Counted from the first letter of the stretch, positions 1 through 9,798 are shown. The stretch is 64,000 nt of DNA from Acidimicrobiia bacterium UBA4744 (GCA_002403855.1 DHIO01000050.1:16598-80597); one strand, 5' to 3'. Translations and numbers: made by a program. Notes: a model not told the origin generated them from the letters alone.

Positions 1-1
1 T

Positions 2-142
2 GCCGTGGTGATTGCCGCTATTGGAGAGGAGGAACTGACCCGGGTGCCGCTCGAAGCTTCGCCCGCCCGGAGCTTGCCCGAACTGGGCGAAGCTTTCGCC
101 TGGGCCAGCGAGTACTGGGATTGGCTGTTCGGCAATGAGTGA
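2..142 (+). CDS. 3' end of an upstream gene (partial), possibly tRNA(Ile)-lysidine synthetase
   Basis: Open frame entering from the window edge, ends ...EYWDWLFGNE* at 140-142. Coding-like GC3 bias. The TilS assignment rests only on tilS-hpt synteny common in actinobacteria. Confidence 0.35.
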   Translation, partial: AVVIAAIGEEELTRVPLEASPARSLPELGEAFAWASEYWDWLFGNE

Positions 143-172
143 CCGGGGAGCGGGCGGCGAGGTGGTGAGCTG

Positions 173-766
173 GTGACCGCCAAAGATGTGCCCTTCACCG
201 AAGTGATCCCGGTTGAAGCGTTGGCGTCGCGGGCGCGGGAGCTGGGCGACCAACTGGCGGAGGAATACCGGGGTCGCGAACCCGTCTTCGTCGGAATCCT
301 GCACGGCTCGCTGCCGTTTCTCAGCGATCTCATCCGGCAAGTCAGGATCCCTCTGGACGTTGACTTCCTGGCGCTCAGCCGGTTTGGCGAGGGTGGCAAG
401 GTTCGCATTGCCATGGACACGGAGACCTCTCTCGAAGGGAGACACGTCGTAGTCGTCGAGGACATCGTCGACACCGGTCTCACCCTTTCGTACCTTCGCC
501 GTTTGCTGGAAACCAGAGACGTTGCCAGCCTGGCGACGGTGACGTTGTTGGACAAAGCGCCGCGCCGGATTGTCGACGTGCCGCTTGAGTATCGGGGTTT
601 CGAGGTGGGAGACGAGTTCTTGCTCGGCTACGGGTTGGACTGGGAAGGCAAGTACCGAAACCTCCGTTCGATCTGGGCGGTCCTCGATTTGGCGGCTTTG
701 CAGGCCAGCCCGGGCGCACTGGCCGAGAAGGTCTTCGGGGCCCGCGGTGATAGTCTGATCGCATGA
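173..766 (+). CDS. hpt: hypoxanthine-guanine phosphoribosyltransferase
   Basis: 197 aa; PRPP-binding PRTase motif VVVVEDIVDTGLTL; length and layout typical of Hpt. Confidence 0.88.
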   Translation: MTAKDVPFTEVIPVEALASRARELGDQLAEEYRGREPVFVGILHGSLPFLSDLIRQVRIPLDVDFLALSRFGEGGKVRIAMDTETSLEGRHVVVVEDIVDTGLTLSYLRRLLETRDVASLATVTLLDKAPRRIVDVPLEYRGFEVGDEFLLGYGLDWEGKYRNLRSIWAVLDLAALQASPGALAEKVFGARGDSLIA

Positions 767-1284
767 GTGACCCTGAGCCCGCGGAGACGGATGGGATTCC
801 GATGGAGCTGATCGGCGTGCGGATCGAACTGCCGACCAACCAGCCGATCGTGCTCCTGCGAGAGGCGGGCGGGTCCCGGTATCTGCCCATCTGGATTGGG
901 GCCGTCGAGGCCACGGCGATCGCCTACGCACTGGAAGGGGTGACACCCCAGCGGCCTATGACCCACGATCTTCTCAAGACGGTGTCCGAGTCGTTGGGGG
1001 CGACCGTTGCCCGGGTGATCGTCACCGAATTGCGGGACAGCGTGTACTACGCGGATCTCATCCTGCTGCGCGACGACGAGGAGGTCACTGTGTCATCACG
1101 TCCCTCCGATGCCATCGCCTTGGCAGCCCGGATGGGAGCACCCCTGTTTGCGACGCCGCAGGTGTTGGATGATGCCGGAATCGAGATCCGTGACGAGGAC
1201 GAAGAAGCCGAGATCGAGAAGTTTCGGGAGTTCCTGGATCACATTTCTCCTGAAGACTTCGAGGCTGGAGAGTCTGCCAGCTGA
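763..1284 (+). CDS. bifunctional nuclease family protein (DUF151, Rv1829-like)
   Basis: 173 aa; motif LLREAGGSRYLPIWIG...ATAIAYAL typical of the BFN/DUF151 family. ATGA overlap with upstream hpt. Confidence 0.75.
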   Translation: MSDPEPAETDGIPMELIGVRIELPTNQPIVLLREAGGSRYLPIWIGAVEATAIAYALEGVTPQRPMTHDLLKTVSESLGATVARVIVTELRDSVYYADLILLRDDEEVTVSSRPSDAIALAARMGAPLFATPQVLDDAGIEIRDEDEEAEIEKFREFLDHISPEDFEAGESAS

Positions 1285-2285
1285 TGAAAGGCAGCACCAG
1301 GGTACGGGGCGCGGCCGCCATCCTGGCAGGCGTCATCGTGGTGGGAACCATCGGGTTCATGTTCATCGAGGAAGCGGGGCTGCTCGATGCCTTCTACATG
1401 ACCATGATCACGATCTCCACAGTCGGTTATTCGGAAGTCTTCCCGCTCTCCCAGGCCGGAGAAATGTTCACGGTCGGGCTGATCGTCGTCGGGGTCGGTA
1501 CGCTCTTCTACACTGCGGGTGCAGCCCTGGAGGCGGCATTCGAGAACCTGATTGGCCGGCGGGGACAGGCCAGAATGACGCGATCGATCGAACAATTGAA
1601 CGATCACTACATCATCTGCGGATTCGGCCGGGTGGGTAGCGCGACCTGGGAGTTGATCGAGGACCGGGGAGCGAGCGTGTTGGTCTTGGAGGGGAAGCCC
1701 GCTGCAGCCCAAGCTGCTCGGGACGCCGGGGCCCTCGTGCTGGAGGATGACGCAACACACAATGAAGCCTTGGTTGCGGCCGGTATCGATCGGGCCAGAG
1801 CGCTGATCGCTTGTGTGACGGCCGATTCGGACAACCTGGTCATTGTGCTCTCCGCCAAAGCGTTGCGACCTGATCTTCTCGTCGTCGCCCGGGCCGCCGA
1901 GAGTGAATCGGAGCGGAAGCTGTATCTGGCCGGAGCTGATCGGGTAGTCGCTCCCCAGCGGGTCGGCGCTCACCGGCTGGCTTCCATGGCGTTCCAACCG
2001 GAGCTAGCCGACTTCGTAGATCTCGTTCTGCAAGGCAACCACGTTGAGTTCCGCGTGCAGCAAATGCAGATTCACGAGGATTGCACCATGATCGGAATGT
2101 CGCTCCGGGAGGCCGGGATTCGCCAGCGATCCGGAGCCATGATCCTCGCCGTGCAGGATGAATCACGACGCCTCTACCTCAACCCGGACCCTGACTTGAT
2201 CATTACCGCCGGCCAGGTCATGGTGGGTATCGGCACCAACGATCAGATCGAGAAGCTCAACACTCTGATGACCGGGGCGGTCTAG
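1284..2285 (+). CDS. potassium channel protein with RCK/TrkA-N domain
   Basis: Two N-terminal TM segments, pore helix with selectivity-filter-like TISTVGYSE, then Rossmann GFGRVG (TrkA-N) and a C-terminal RCK domain. ATGA overlap with the upstream gene. Confidence 0.8.
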   Translation: MKGSTRVRGAAAILAGVIVVGTIGFMFIEEAGLLDAFYMTMITISTVGYSEVFPLSQAGEMFTVGLIVVGVGTLFYTAGAALEAAFENLIGRRGQARMTRSIEQLNDHYIICGFGRVGSATWELIEDRGASVLVLEGKPAAAQAARDAGALVLEDDATHNEALVAAGIDRARALIACVTADSDNLVIVLSAKALRPDLLVVARAAESESERKLYLAGADRVVAPQRVGAHRLASMAFQPELADFVDLVLQGNHVEFRVQQMQIHEDCTMIGMSLREAGIRQRSGAMILAVQDESRRLYLNPDPDLIITAGQVMVGIGTNDQIEKLNTLMTGAV

Positions 2286-2317
2286 ACCCGGCCCTGAAGA
2301 GTTATCCACAGATACTG

Positions 2318-2363
2318 TTGACAACTCCGTGTCGTTTTCGGTAAGTTGTGGCTCCGTAATTAC
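2318..2363 (+). promoter_or_regulatory. putative MerR promoter/operator: TTGACA -35-like hexamer, ACAACT-N17-AGTTGT inverted repeat, and 10-bp palindrome CGTAATTACG
   Basis: Seen directly: ttgACAACTccgtgtcgttttcggtaAGTTGTggctcCGTAATTACGag, 40-80 nt upstream of the GTG start. RBS aaagaggag precedes the start. Confidence 0.4.
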
Positions 2364-2400
2364 GAGCGTGTAAGCTAGGACGGCCAAAGAGGAGCGCGAC

Positions 2401-2883
2401 GTGACGGACATCGGTTACAGAGCCCCGCAGGTATGCAGCCTGGTCGGGATAACCTACCGCCAGCTCGACTACTGGGCACGGACGGGACTGCTCAAGCCTT
2501 CGATTCAGAGCGCCAAGGGCTCCGGATCGCAGCGCCGATACTCGTTCACGGATGTTGTGCAACTGAAGGTCATCAAGCGACTGCTCGACGCGGGCATGAG
2601 CCTGAACAAGATTCGTCAAGCAATGGACATCCTGGTTGGACAGTTGCAGAGCGACCAGCCGCTCGTCGATGTCACGCTCCTTTCCGACGGACAGACCATC
2701 TACGCCGCCCACAGCGCCGACGAAGTCGTCGACGTGTTCAGACGTGGGCAGGGAGTATTCGGGATTGCCGTAGGTCCCGTGCAAGCAGAGCTCGAAGGTC
2801 AGATCCACCAGTTGTTCCCTGAGCTGGAAGAGACCGGTTCGGCGGCCACGGTCGCGGCGACCGGGGAGGTTAGAACGACCTGA
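2401..2883 (+). CDS. MerR family transcriptional regulator (Rv1828/Rv1830-like)
   Basis: GTG start with strong RBS. N-terminal MerR HTH (YRAPQVCSLVGITYRQLDYWARTGLL...RRYSFTDVVQLKVIKRLLDAGMSL). Only 160 aa; see the finding on a possible frame-split with the next ORF. Confidence 0.8.
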   Translation: MTDIGYRAPQVCSLVGITYRQLDYWARTGLLKPSIQSAKGSGSQRRYSFTDVVQLKVIKRLLDAGMSLNKIRQAMDILVGQLQSDQPLVDVTLLSDGQTIYAAHSADEVVDVFRRGQGVFGIAVGPVQAELEGQIHQLFPELEETGSAATVAATGEVRTT

Positions 2884-3038
2884 CCATCCACGAGACATTT
2901 GGGGCAGGACCGGCCGACACCGCCAACTTCGCCCACAACAGCGAGCGCCAGTTCGCTCGGCTTCTGGACTTCTACGGGATCGAGTGGCAGTACGAGCCGC
3001 GGGCGTTCCCCATCGCCTGGTCCGACGAAGGGAAACCG

Positions 3039-3335
3039 GTGAGGTTCTTCACACCGGACTTCTACCTTCCCGAAGAGAACCTCTTCATCGAGATCACCAC
3101 GATGAACCAGAAGCTCGTCACCAAGAAGAACCGAAAAGTACGGAGACTGAAGGACTTGTACCCGGACGTCAACTGCAAGGTCTTCTACCAGCGTGACTAT
3201 CTGCACCTGCTGGTCAAATACGGACTCGAAGAACCGGATCACATGGACGAGGTGCCGGCCCCGACCAGAATGCCCGGGCCGCCACAGGTCACGAGGCTCA
3301 CGAACGATGCTCCGAGCGACCAGGTGGCGGGATAA
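3039..3335 (+). CDS. small conserved hypothetical protein (start uncertain; coding signal extends upstream to ~2874 without a canonical start)
   Basis: Track ORF starts at GTG 3039. The in-frame 55 codons upstream (LTIHETFGAGPADTANFAHNSERQFARLLDFYGIEWQYEPRAFPIAWSDEGKP) have strong GC3 coding bias but no ATG/GTG/TTG. Confidence 0.45.
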   Translation: MRFFTPDFYLPEENLFIEITTMNQKLVTKKNRKVRRLKDLYPDVNCKVFYQRDYLHLLVKYGLEEPDHMDEVPAPTRMPGPPQVTRLTNDAPSDQVAG

Positions 3336-3452
3336 TCCCCCCAAGCAGGCTGAACGGCCCTAGCCGCCGTGCCATTCTTTCCCACAGGTGTGCCTCTTCG
3401 GCGCGTCTAGGCTGCGAAGGGAAGAAACCTTCCGGCAGGAGGAGCGGTCGAC

Positions 3453-4505
3453 ATGCCCCAGTCTCCCCTCCACGAGGAACACGTCCGGCTGGGGGCCCGG
3501 TTTGTTGATTTCGCCGGTTGGGATATGCCTGTTCAGTACGAAGGCGTCCTGGCGGAACACGAAGCCGTGCGGTCTGCTGCGGGTGTCTTTGACGTCTCAC
3601 ATCTGGGCCGGTTTCGCCTGGAGGGGCCGGAAAGCACTCGATTACTGCAGACGCTGCTGTGCAACGATGTTGGAGCGGTCGAGCCGGGCCGCGCTCAGTA
3701 CACGATGGCCCTCAACCAATCAGGGGGAATCGAGGACGACATCATCGTGTGGAGATGGGAAGAGGATCGTTACTGGGTAGTACCCAACGGAGCAAACGAG
3801 GACAAGGTCCGGGCATTGTTCGTCTCTCGTGCCGACACCCGATCGACAATCGAGGATCTTCGAGAGTCAACGGTGCTCTTCGCCGTGCAGGGTCCCGCTG
3901 CACCGGCGGCCATCGAGACGGTGTTGGGACGGCGGCCCGTGCGGTTCTGCCTGTTTGAGACCACGTTTGCGCAGCATCCGGTGTGGGTGGCCGGTACCGG
4001 TTACACGGGCGAACCCGGCGGAGAGATTGCGGCGCCGATCGACGCGGCGGTTGAGCTGTTCGGGGCTTTCCTGGCAGCCGGCCTTACCCCGGCCGGTCTC
4101 GGTTCGCGGGACACGTTGCGACTGGAGATGGGATATCCGCTCTGGGGACAGGATCTGGATCCCCAAACGACTCCGCTCGAAGCCGGGCTGGCATGGGTAG
4201 TCGACTGGGATCACGAGTTCGTCGGCAAAGAAGCTTTGCAGCGTCAGAGAGACGGAGGTATCCCCAAGGAGCAAATCGGGTTCATCATGGAGGGTCCTCA
4301 GATCGCCAGGAACGGCTATCCGCTTCGGTCCGGCGAAACCACGGGGGTCGTGACCAGTGGTAACTACAGCCCCACCCTCAAGCGGGGAATCGGACTGGGT
4401 TACCTCCCCCCACCTCTCGCGGCCGACCTGCGAGTGGAAGTCCAGGTTCGGGATTCATGGTTGCCGGTTGTACGTCATGACCCGCCCTTCATCGAGAGGA
4501 CGTGA
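3453..4505 (+). CDS. gcvT: glycine cleavage system aminomethyltransferase T protein
   Basis: 350 aa; GcvT motifs (DVSHLGRFRLEGPES, folate-binding C-terminal domain). Confidence 0.88.
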   Translation: MPQSPLHEEHVRLGARFVDFAGWDMPVQYEGVLAEHEAVRSAAGVFDVSHLGRFRLEGPESTRLLQTLLCNDVGAVEPGRAQYTMALNQSGGIEDDIIVWRWEEDRYWVVPNGANEDKVRALFVSRADTRSTIEDLRESTVLFAVQGPAAPAAIETVLGRRPVRFCLFETTFAQHPVWVAGTGYTGEPGGEIAAPIDAAVELFGAFLAAGLTPAGLGSRDTLRLEMGYPLWGQDLDPQTTPLEAGLAWVVDWDHEFVGKEALQRQRDGGIPKEQIGFIMEGPQIARNGYPLRSGETTGVVTSGNYSPTLKRGIGLGYLPPPLAADLRVEVQVRDSWLPVVRHDPPFIERT

Positions 4506-5842
4506 TTGTGGATTTCACACCACACACAGATGACGATGTGGCAATCATGCTGGAAAGGCTGGGTTTGACCGACCCGGCGGACCTGTTTGCACATCTTCCT
4601 GCTGGTGTGCGACTAGACCACGACCCTGGCCTGCCCGAACCGGCTTCTGAGCTCGAGATCGTGCAGATGGTCGATTCCCTCGGCAAGCGGAACCGGTCGG
4701 GACTCGTTTGTTTCGCCGGCGGCGGTTACTACGACCACTACCTACCTCCGCTGGTTTCTGCTCTCACGATGCGACCGGAGTTCGTCACCGCTTATACCCC
4801 TTACCAGCCGGAGGTGTCGCAAGGTGTGTTGCAGGCGTTGTACGAGTTTCAGTCGATGGTGTGCGAGATGACCGGGATGGACGTAGCCAACGCCTCGCTC
4901 TACGACGGGGCAACCGCCGCGGTGGAAGCCGTGAACCTGGCCGTAGCGGCTACCGGTCGAGCGGCCGTCTGGGTGTCCAGGGGCGTTCATCCGCGCACCC
5001 GGGAGACCATTGCCACATTCGCCGCGGCTCGGGAGATCGAGATCGTTGAGCATGCCCTGGTCGACGGAAGGACGGTGTGGAACGAAGGAGTCGATGCGCC
5101 GCCGGCCGCGGTGGTTGTAGCCCAACCCAACTACCTCGGCGTCGTCGAAGACTACGACCGGGCAGCGAACGTAGCCCACACCGCTGAAGCCCTGGCCGTG
5201 GCCTCGGTCGATCCCATGACACTGGGGGTGCTCCGCAGTCCCGGGAAGGCAGGGTTTGACGTCACGGTTGCCGAAGGCCAACCGCTTGGTAATCCGCTGT
5301 CCTTCGGTGGTCCGGTAGTCGGCCTCTTTGGCACCACGGCCGCGCACGTGCGGCGCATACCGGGCCGATTGGTCGGTAGGACTGTCGACCGCGACAACCA
5401 GACCGCGTACGTGCTGACCCTCCGGGCCCGGGAACAAGACATCCGGCGGGCCAAGGCATCTTCGAACATCTGCACCAACCAGTCGCTGAATGCGCTGGCA
5501 TCGGCTATTCACCTCGCCTGGCTCGGTCCTCAGGGCCTGCGGGAGGTAGGGGAGCAATCTGCTCAAAAGGCCCACTATCTGGCGGACCGGCTGACGGAGC
5601 TGCCCGGCGTCAACCTCGCCACCGGCGAACCTTTTGTCCGAGAGTTCGCCGTGCAGCTGCCCACCGACCCTCTGGAGGTCATCGATGCCATGGCCGAGCA
5701 CGGCTACCTGGCCGGGATCTCCTTGAGCGAAGACTATCCGGAGATGCCCCGAACCATGGGAATCGCCGTCACCGAGAAGCGATCGAGAGCCGAGCTGGAT
5801 GGCTACACCGCAGCTCTGGGGGAGGTGTTGGCGCATGGCTGA
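4502..5842 (+). CDS. gcvPA: glycine dehydrogenase (decarboxylating) subunit 1
   Basis: 446 aa; GcvPA N-terminal half of the P-protein (YTPYQPEVSQGVLQALYEFQ). 4-nt overlap with gcvT. Confidence 0.88.
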   Translation: MIVDFTPHTDDDVAIMLERLGLTDPADLFAHLPAGVRLDHDPGLPEPASELEIVQMVDSLGKRNRSGLVCFAGGGYYDHYLPPLVSALTMRPEFVTAYTPYQPEVSQGVLQALYEFQSMVCEMTGMDVANASLYDGATAAVEAVNLAVAATGRAAVWVSRGVHPRTRETIATFAAAREIEIVEHALVDGRTVWNEGVDAPPAAVVVAQPNYLGVVEDYDRAANVAHTAEALAVASVDPMTLGVLRSPGKAGFDVTVAEGQPLGNPLSFGGPVVGLFGTTAAHVRRIPGRLVGRTVDRDNQTAYVLTLRAREQDIRRAKASSNICTNQSLNALASAIHLAWLGPQGLREVGEQSAQKAHYLADRLTELPGVNLATGEPFVREFAVQLPTDPLEVIDAMAEHGYLAGISLSEDYPEMPRTMGIAVTEKRSRAELDGYTAALGEVLAHG

Positions 5843-7328
5843 GCCGGCCGGCTGCGCATCATCGGCACCACTCGTCGGCGGAGACACCGAACCCACCCTT
5901 TCTGAGTTTTCCAGCGCGGGTCGACGGGCATCTTCCTTTCCGGTCCTCGACGTCCCCCACCGCCGGCTCGATCTCCCCGAGTCGGCGGGGCAAGCCCCCC
6001 GTCTCCCGGAAGTCTCCGAACACGACCTGGTCATGCATTTCACCCGTCTGGCTCATCGGAACTTCGCGGTCGATCTAGGGGCATATCCGCTCGGCTCGTG
6101 CACCATGAAATACAACCCGAAGGTGTGTGACTGGGCAGGAGCTCACCCCGAGTTCGCCGGGCTACACCCGGCAACACCGGTTCGACTGGTGCAGGGGGCG
6201 CTAGAGGTTCTTCTGGAGACCGAGCGGATTCTGTGCGACCTCACCGGCATGGTGCGCGCCACCTTCCAACCTCCGGCCGGTGCTTCCGGCGAGCTGACGG
6301 GTCTGATGATCATGCGGGCCCACCACCGCGTCCACGGCGATCCCCGGAGCAAGATCCTCATTCCGGACTCGGCACACGGCACGAATCCTGCTTCGGTGAC
6401 TCTCTCCGGCTACGAGGCGGTCGAAGTGCCTTCGAACGATCGCGGTATGGTCGACCTGGCAGCGCTGCACGAAGCCTTGGACGACCAGGTAGCCGGCCTC
6501 ATGCTCACCAACCCGAACACTCTGGGTCTGTTCGAAGAAGAGATCCTCGAGATTGCCGACGCCGTTCACGAGGTCGGCGGCCTGCTGTACTACGACGGAG
6601 CGAACCTCAACGCCATCATGGGTATCGCCCGTCCGGGAGATATGGGGTTCGACATCGTGCATTCGAACCTCCACAAGACATTCGCGACACCGCACGGCGG
6701 TGGGGGACCGGGTTCGGGGCCGGTGGCCGTGGGCGCCGACCTGGTGCGTTACCTGCCCGGCCCTCTCCCCGTTCGAGAAGAGGACGGGCACATCGGATGG
6801 GAAACGCCGGCGGCCAGTATTGGACGGGTCCACGGCCAGCACGGCAACTTCGTAGTGGTACTGCGTGCCTTGGTCTATATGCGGGCACTCGGCGGCGAAG
6901 GGCTTCGACGAGTAGCCGAACGGGCAGTGCTCAACGCGCGGTATCTGGAGCACCTGCTCGGCGATCGGTACGACCTGCCTTACCCGAGCACTTGCATGCA
7001 CGAGTTCGTGACTTCCGCCAAATCGATCAAGAAGGATACGGGGGTTCGGGCGATGGACATCGTCAAGGCACTCATGGATCGTGGCTACCACGCTCCCACG
7101 GTGTACTTCCCGCTCATCGTCGACGAAGCATTGATGGTCGAGCCAACCGAAACCCATTCCCGTGAGACCATCGAGGCACTGGCGGCTGCGCTCTCGGAGA
7201 TCGCCGAACTGGCGTATGAAGATGCTGACGCAGTGAAGACCGCTCCCCTGAGAACACCAGTCCACCGGCCCGACGACGCCCGGGCCGCGCGCAACCTGCA
7301 GGTGACGTGGGCTGCGGGAGAGGAGTGA
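5835..7328 (+). CDS. gcvPB: glycine dehydrogenase (decarboxylating) subunit 2
   Basis: PLP region HSNLHKTFATPHGGGGPG typical of GcvPB. ATG at 5835 overlaps the gcvPA stop by 8 nt; the upstream 5799 start would overlap more. Confidence 0.88.
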   Translation: MAEPAGCASSAPLVGGDTEPTLSEFSSAGRRASSFPVLDVPHRRLDLPESAGQAPRLPEVSEHDLVMHFTRLAHRNFAVDLGAYPLGSCTMKYNPKVCDWAGAHPEFAGLHPATPVRLVQGALEVLLETERILCDLTGMVRATFQPPAGASGELTGLMIMRAHHRVHGDPRSKILIPDSAHGTNPASVTLSGYEAVEVPSNDRGMVDLAALHEALDDQVAGLMLTNPNTLGLFEEEILEIADAVHEVGGLLYYDGANLNAIMGIARPGDMGFDIVHSNLHKTFATPHGGGGPGSGPVAVGADLVRYLPGPLPVREEDGHIGWETPAASIGRVHGQHGNFVVVLRALVYMRALGGEGLRRVAERAVLNARYLEHLLGDRYDLPYPSTCMHEFVTSAKSIKKDTGVRAMDIVKALMDRGYHAPTVYFPLIVDEALMVEPTETHSRETIEALAAALSEIAELAYEDADAVKTAPLRTPVHRPDDARAARNLQVTWAAGEE

Positions 7329-7330
7329 GC

Positions 7331-8152
7331 ATGGTGCAAACGACCGATGAAGTGGGGACCTCGGCGTCCGGGGAACGTCAGTTGCGAAGGCACTGGTTCG
7401 GCGAAGAACCTCCCTGGGCCACCGTCCTGATCGTGCACGGTGCAGCGGAGCACAGTGGACGGTTCGACCATGTCGCTACCCAGATGGTCGAGGCGGGCCT
7501 CGATGTGCACAGCTTCGACTGGGTGGGTCACGGCTGGTCGGGCGGGCACCGCTGGCATGTCGAGTCCTACGAGACCTACCACGACGACCTGGCCGAGCGC
7601 CTTGTCTCCACGCGCGCTCCGGATATCCCGCTGGTGCTGTACGGGCAATCCATGGGCGGGCTCATCTCGCTCGGATACTGCCTGTCAAGGGACGATCTGC
7701 CCGACCTGCTGGTGGTGACCTCGCCCTGGTTGGAGACGGAGGCTCCTGCCCTGCTCAAGACGGTGGTGCCGCTACTGGCGAAAGTAGTTCCGGGCCTGCG
7801 TCTGGACGGTGGCCTCAAGGGTGAACAACTGGCCCGAAACCCGGCGGTGGGCGAGGCGTACTTCGGCGACGAGCTGGTGGAGACCAAGATCACCGCAGCC
7901 TGGGGCGCGGCCAGCCTCCGGGAACAGGCCCGGGTTCGGGACGGATTGCGCTCCCTGCGGGTACCGGTCTTCGTGGTGCATGGTGGGGCGGACACCATCG
8001 CGCGTCCCCAGGTCAGCGCACCCCTGGGTGAGTTGCCGGACGCCGAACGCCGCCTCTATCCAACCCTGCGGCACGAAACCCACAACGAGCCGGAAGGCTC
8101 CGAGGTGGTGGCGGCCATCATCGAGTGGCTACGAAAGCGGGTCAGGGGATAG
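7331..8152 (+). CDS. alpha/beta hydrolase (lysophospholipase / monoacylglycerol lipase-like)
   Basis: HG oxyanion motif (LIVHGAAEH), nucleophile elbow GQSMGG, C-terminal His. ATG 3 nt after the gcvPB stop. Confidence 0.75.
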   Translation: MVQTTDEVGTSASGERQLRRHWFGEEPPWATVLIVHGAAEHSGRFDHVATQMVEAGLDVHSFDWVGHGWSGGHRWHVESYETYHDDLAERLVSTRAPDIPLVLYGQSMGGLISLGYCLSRDDLPDLLVVTSPWLETEAPALLKTVVPLLAKVVPGLRLDGGLKGEQLARNPAVGEAYFGDELVETKITAAWGAASLREQARVRDGLRSLRVPVFVVHGGADTIARPQVSAPLGELPDAERRLYPTLRHETHNEPEGSEVVAAIIEWLRKRVRG

Positions 8153-9196
8153 CCCCATCCTCTCGTATCCGGGGCGGATCACCTCGGTCAAGAGACGCTC
8201 TTTGGTCGGTAGCGAGCAGAAAGCCGCCATCATGGATCGCTCTGCGACCTGCTGCAGATCCCGGGTGGTGAACTCATGATGCTCCGCTACCAGTGCCAGC
8301 TCGTCCGACAGTGACGTTCTGCTCATCAACCGGTTGTCGGTGCTGAGGGTGATCGCAAAACCGGCTCGATGGAGTGCTCCCACCGGGTGGTCGGCGGGGG
8401 AGGGATACTCGCCGGTATGGAGATTCGATGTCACGCACACTTCGAGAGGAATCTGATGGTCGCGCACATACGAGGCGAGTCTTCCCAGAGAGATTATGTC
8501 ACCGTCCTCCACCAGGCAGTCATCGACGATCCGGATCCCGTGACCGATGCGGTGGGCGCCGCAGCGCTGCAACGCTCGCCAGATACTGTCCGGACCATCG
8601 GCCTCGCCGGCGTGGATGGTCAGCGCCATCGACGCCTCGCGGATGTACCGGCAGGCGGGCAGATGATCATCGGCGGGGAAACCGCGTTCCGGCCCCGACA
8701 GGTCGAACCCCACTACTCCTTGCGCCTCCATCTCCACTACCAGGCGGGCCACCTCGAGGGAGTCGGTTTGGTTGCGCAGCGCATCCAGGATGAGGCCGGT
8801 CTCCAAGCCCGTTTCACGTTCGCCGCGGCGGAGACCGGCCAGTGCTGCTTCGATCACTCGCCGGGGTGAAAGGTCCCTCGTAGTGCACAAGGTGGGTGCA
8901 AACCGAATCTCGGCATAGACCACCCCATCGGCGGCCAGATCGACAACCGACTCGTAGGCCACTCTCTCGACGGCCTCGGCCGTCTGCATCACACCCACCG
9001 TGTGCCGGAAGGCCTCGAGGTAACCCTCCAGCGATCCGGATTCTCCCTGGTAGAACCAGTCCGCCAGTTCGTCGGGATGTTCGGTGGGCAGGCCACGGTA
9101 TTCCTGTTCGGCGGCCAACTCCAGGATCGTCTCAGTCCGGAGGCCTCCATCGAGGTGTTCATGAAGCAAGACCTTGGGAAGCCGGACGACATCCAT
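8129..9196 (-). CDS. add: adenosine deaminase
   Basis: 355 aa; N-terminal metal site PKVLLHEHLDGG, HAGE motif, SLSTDD-like C-terminal region. 24-nt convergent overlap with the hydrolase gene. Confidence 0.85.
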   Translation of the reverse strand: MDVVRLPKVLLHEHLDGGLRTETILELAAEQEYRGLPTEHPDELADWFYQGESGSLEGYLEAFRHTVGVMQTAEAVERVAYESVVDLAADGVVYAEIRFAPTLCTTRDLSPRRVIEAALAGLRRGERETGLETGLILDALRNQTDSLEVARLVVEMEAQGVVGFDLSGPERGFPADDHLPACRYIREASMALTIHAGEADGPDSIWRALQRCGAHRIGHGIRIVDDCLVEDGDIISLGRLASYVRDHQIPLEVCVTSNLHTGEYPSPADHPVGALHRAGFAITLSTDNRLMSRTSLSDELALVAEHHEFTTRDLQQVAERSMMAAFCSLPTKERLLTEVIRPGYERMGLSPDPLS

Positions 9197-9205
9197 CGGG
9201 CCAGG

Positions 9206-9728
9206 CTAGACCACATACCTGCCGGCGGAATGGCGATCCTCGGCGGCTCTGTGCAGGATGGCGTCGAGCCACCAGCGCCGCTCGATCATTCGTTCCCCGA
9301 ACAGAGTGACCTGCATGGTCTCTCCCGGCACGAACCCCTTCGATTCGTAGAAGCTCTCCGCTGCTCGACTCCCAAGGATCACGTCGGCGATGATCGGCAG
9401 CGGGGGGGCCAGGGAACGAACCCATTCGAGCAACAAGCCGGCTGCTCCTCGCCGCCGGAAGACTGGATCAGTACAGATGGCACTGAGCACGATCTGGTCG
9501 TCTTCGATGAAGGCGTCGGCGAAAGCCATGACGGTTCCTTCTTCAACCACGAGGTAGATGGGGTGGTCTTCCCATCTCTGACGGAGGGCGGCAGGCGAGT
9601 ACGCAGCCTCCAGCCATGCAGACACCGTCTCGGGTTTGAGGAGCCCTTGGAAAGCGGCCCTCCAGGAGCCTTCAGCGATAGCGGCGACGCTGGTGAGATC
9701 AGACGGTTGCGCCCTTCGAATGATCACC
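9206..9728 (-). CDS. GNAT family N-acetyltransferase
   Basis: Acetyl-CoA motif region (VFRRRGAAGLLLEWV). GTG start at 9728 chosen (VIIRRAQPSDL is a typical GNAT N-terminus); the track's upstream start 9781 would leave only 17 nt to divergent yajQ. Confidence 0.6.
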
Positions 9729-9798
9729 CATCCCAACCTAGTCGACTGCCGTTCGACACGATCAGCCGATGACGAATACATGCACTAACGTCGTCGTC

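Noticed and set aside
3336-3452. Possible glycine riboswitch in the 117-nt leader of gcvT
   Set aside because: Glycine aptamers usually precede gcvT, but I could not find the conserved GGAGAG...ACCGAAGGGGCAA...CTCAGGCAAAAGGAC core. Only vague CGAAGG/CTCTTCGG fragments are present, and the leader is short for a tandem aptamer. A covariance-model scan (Rfam RF00504) would settle it.
4742-6043. 433-aa minus-strand ORF
   Set aside because: Antisense to gcvPA and gcvPB; Arg/Gly/Pro-rich artefact frame.
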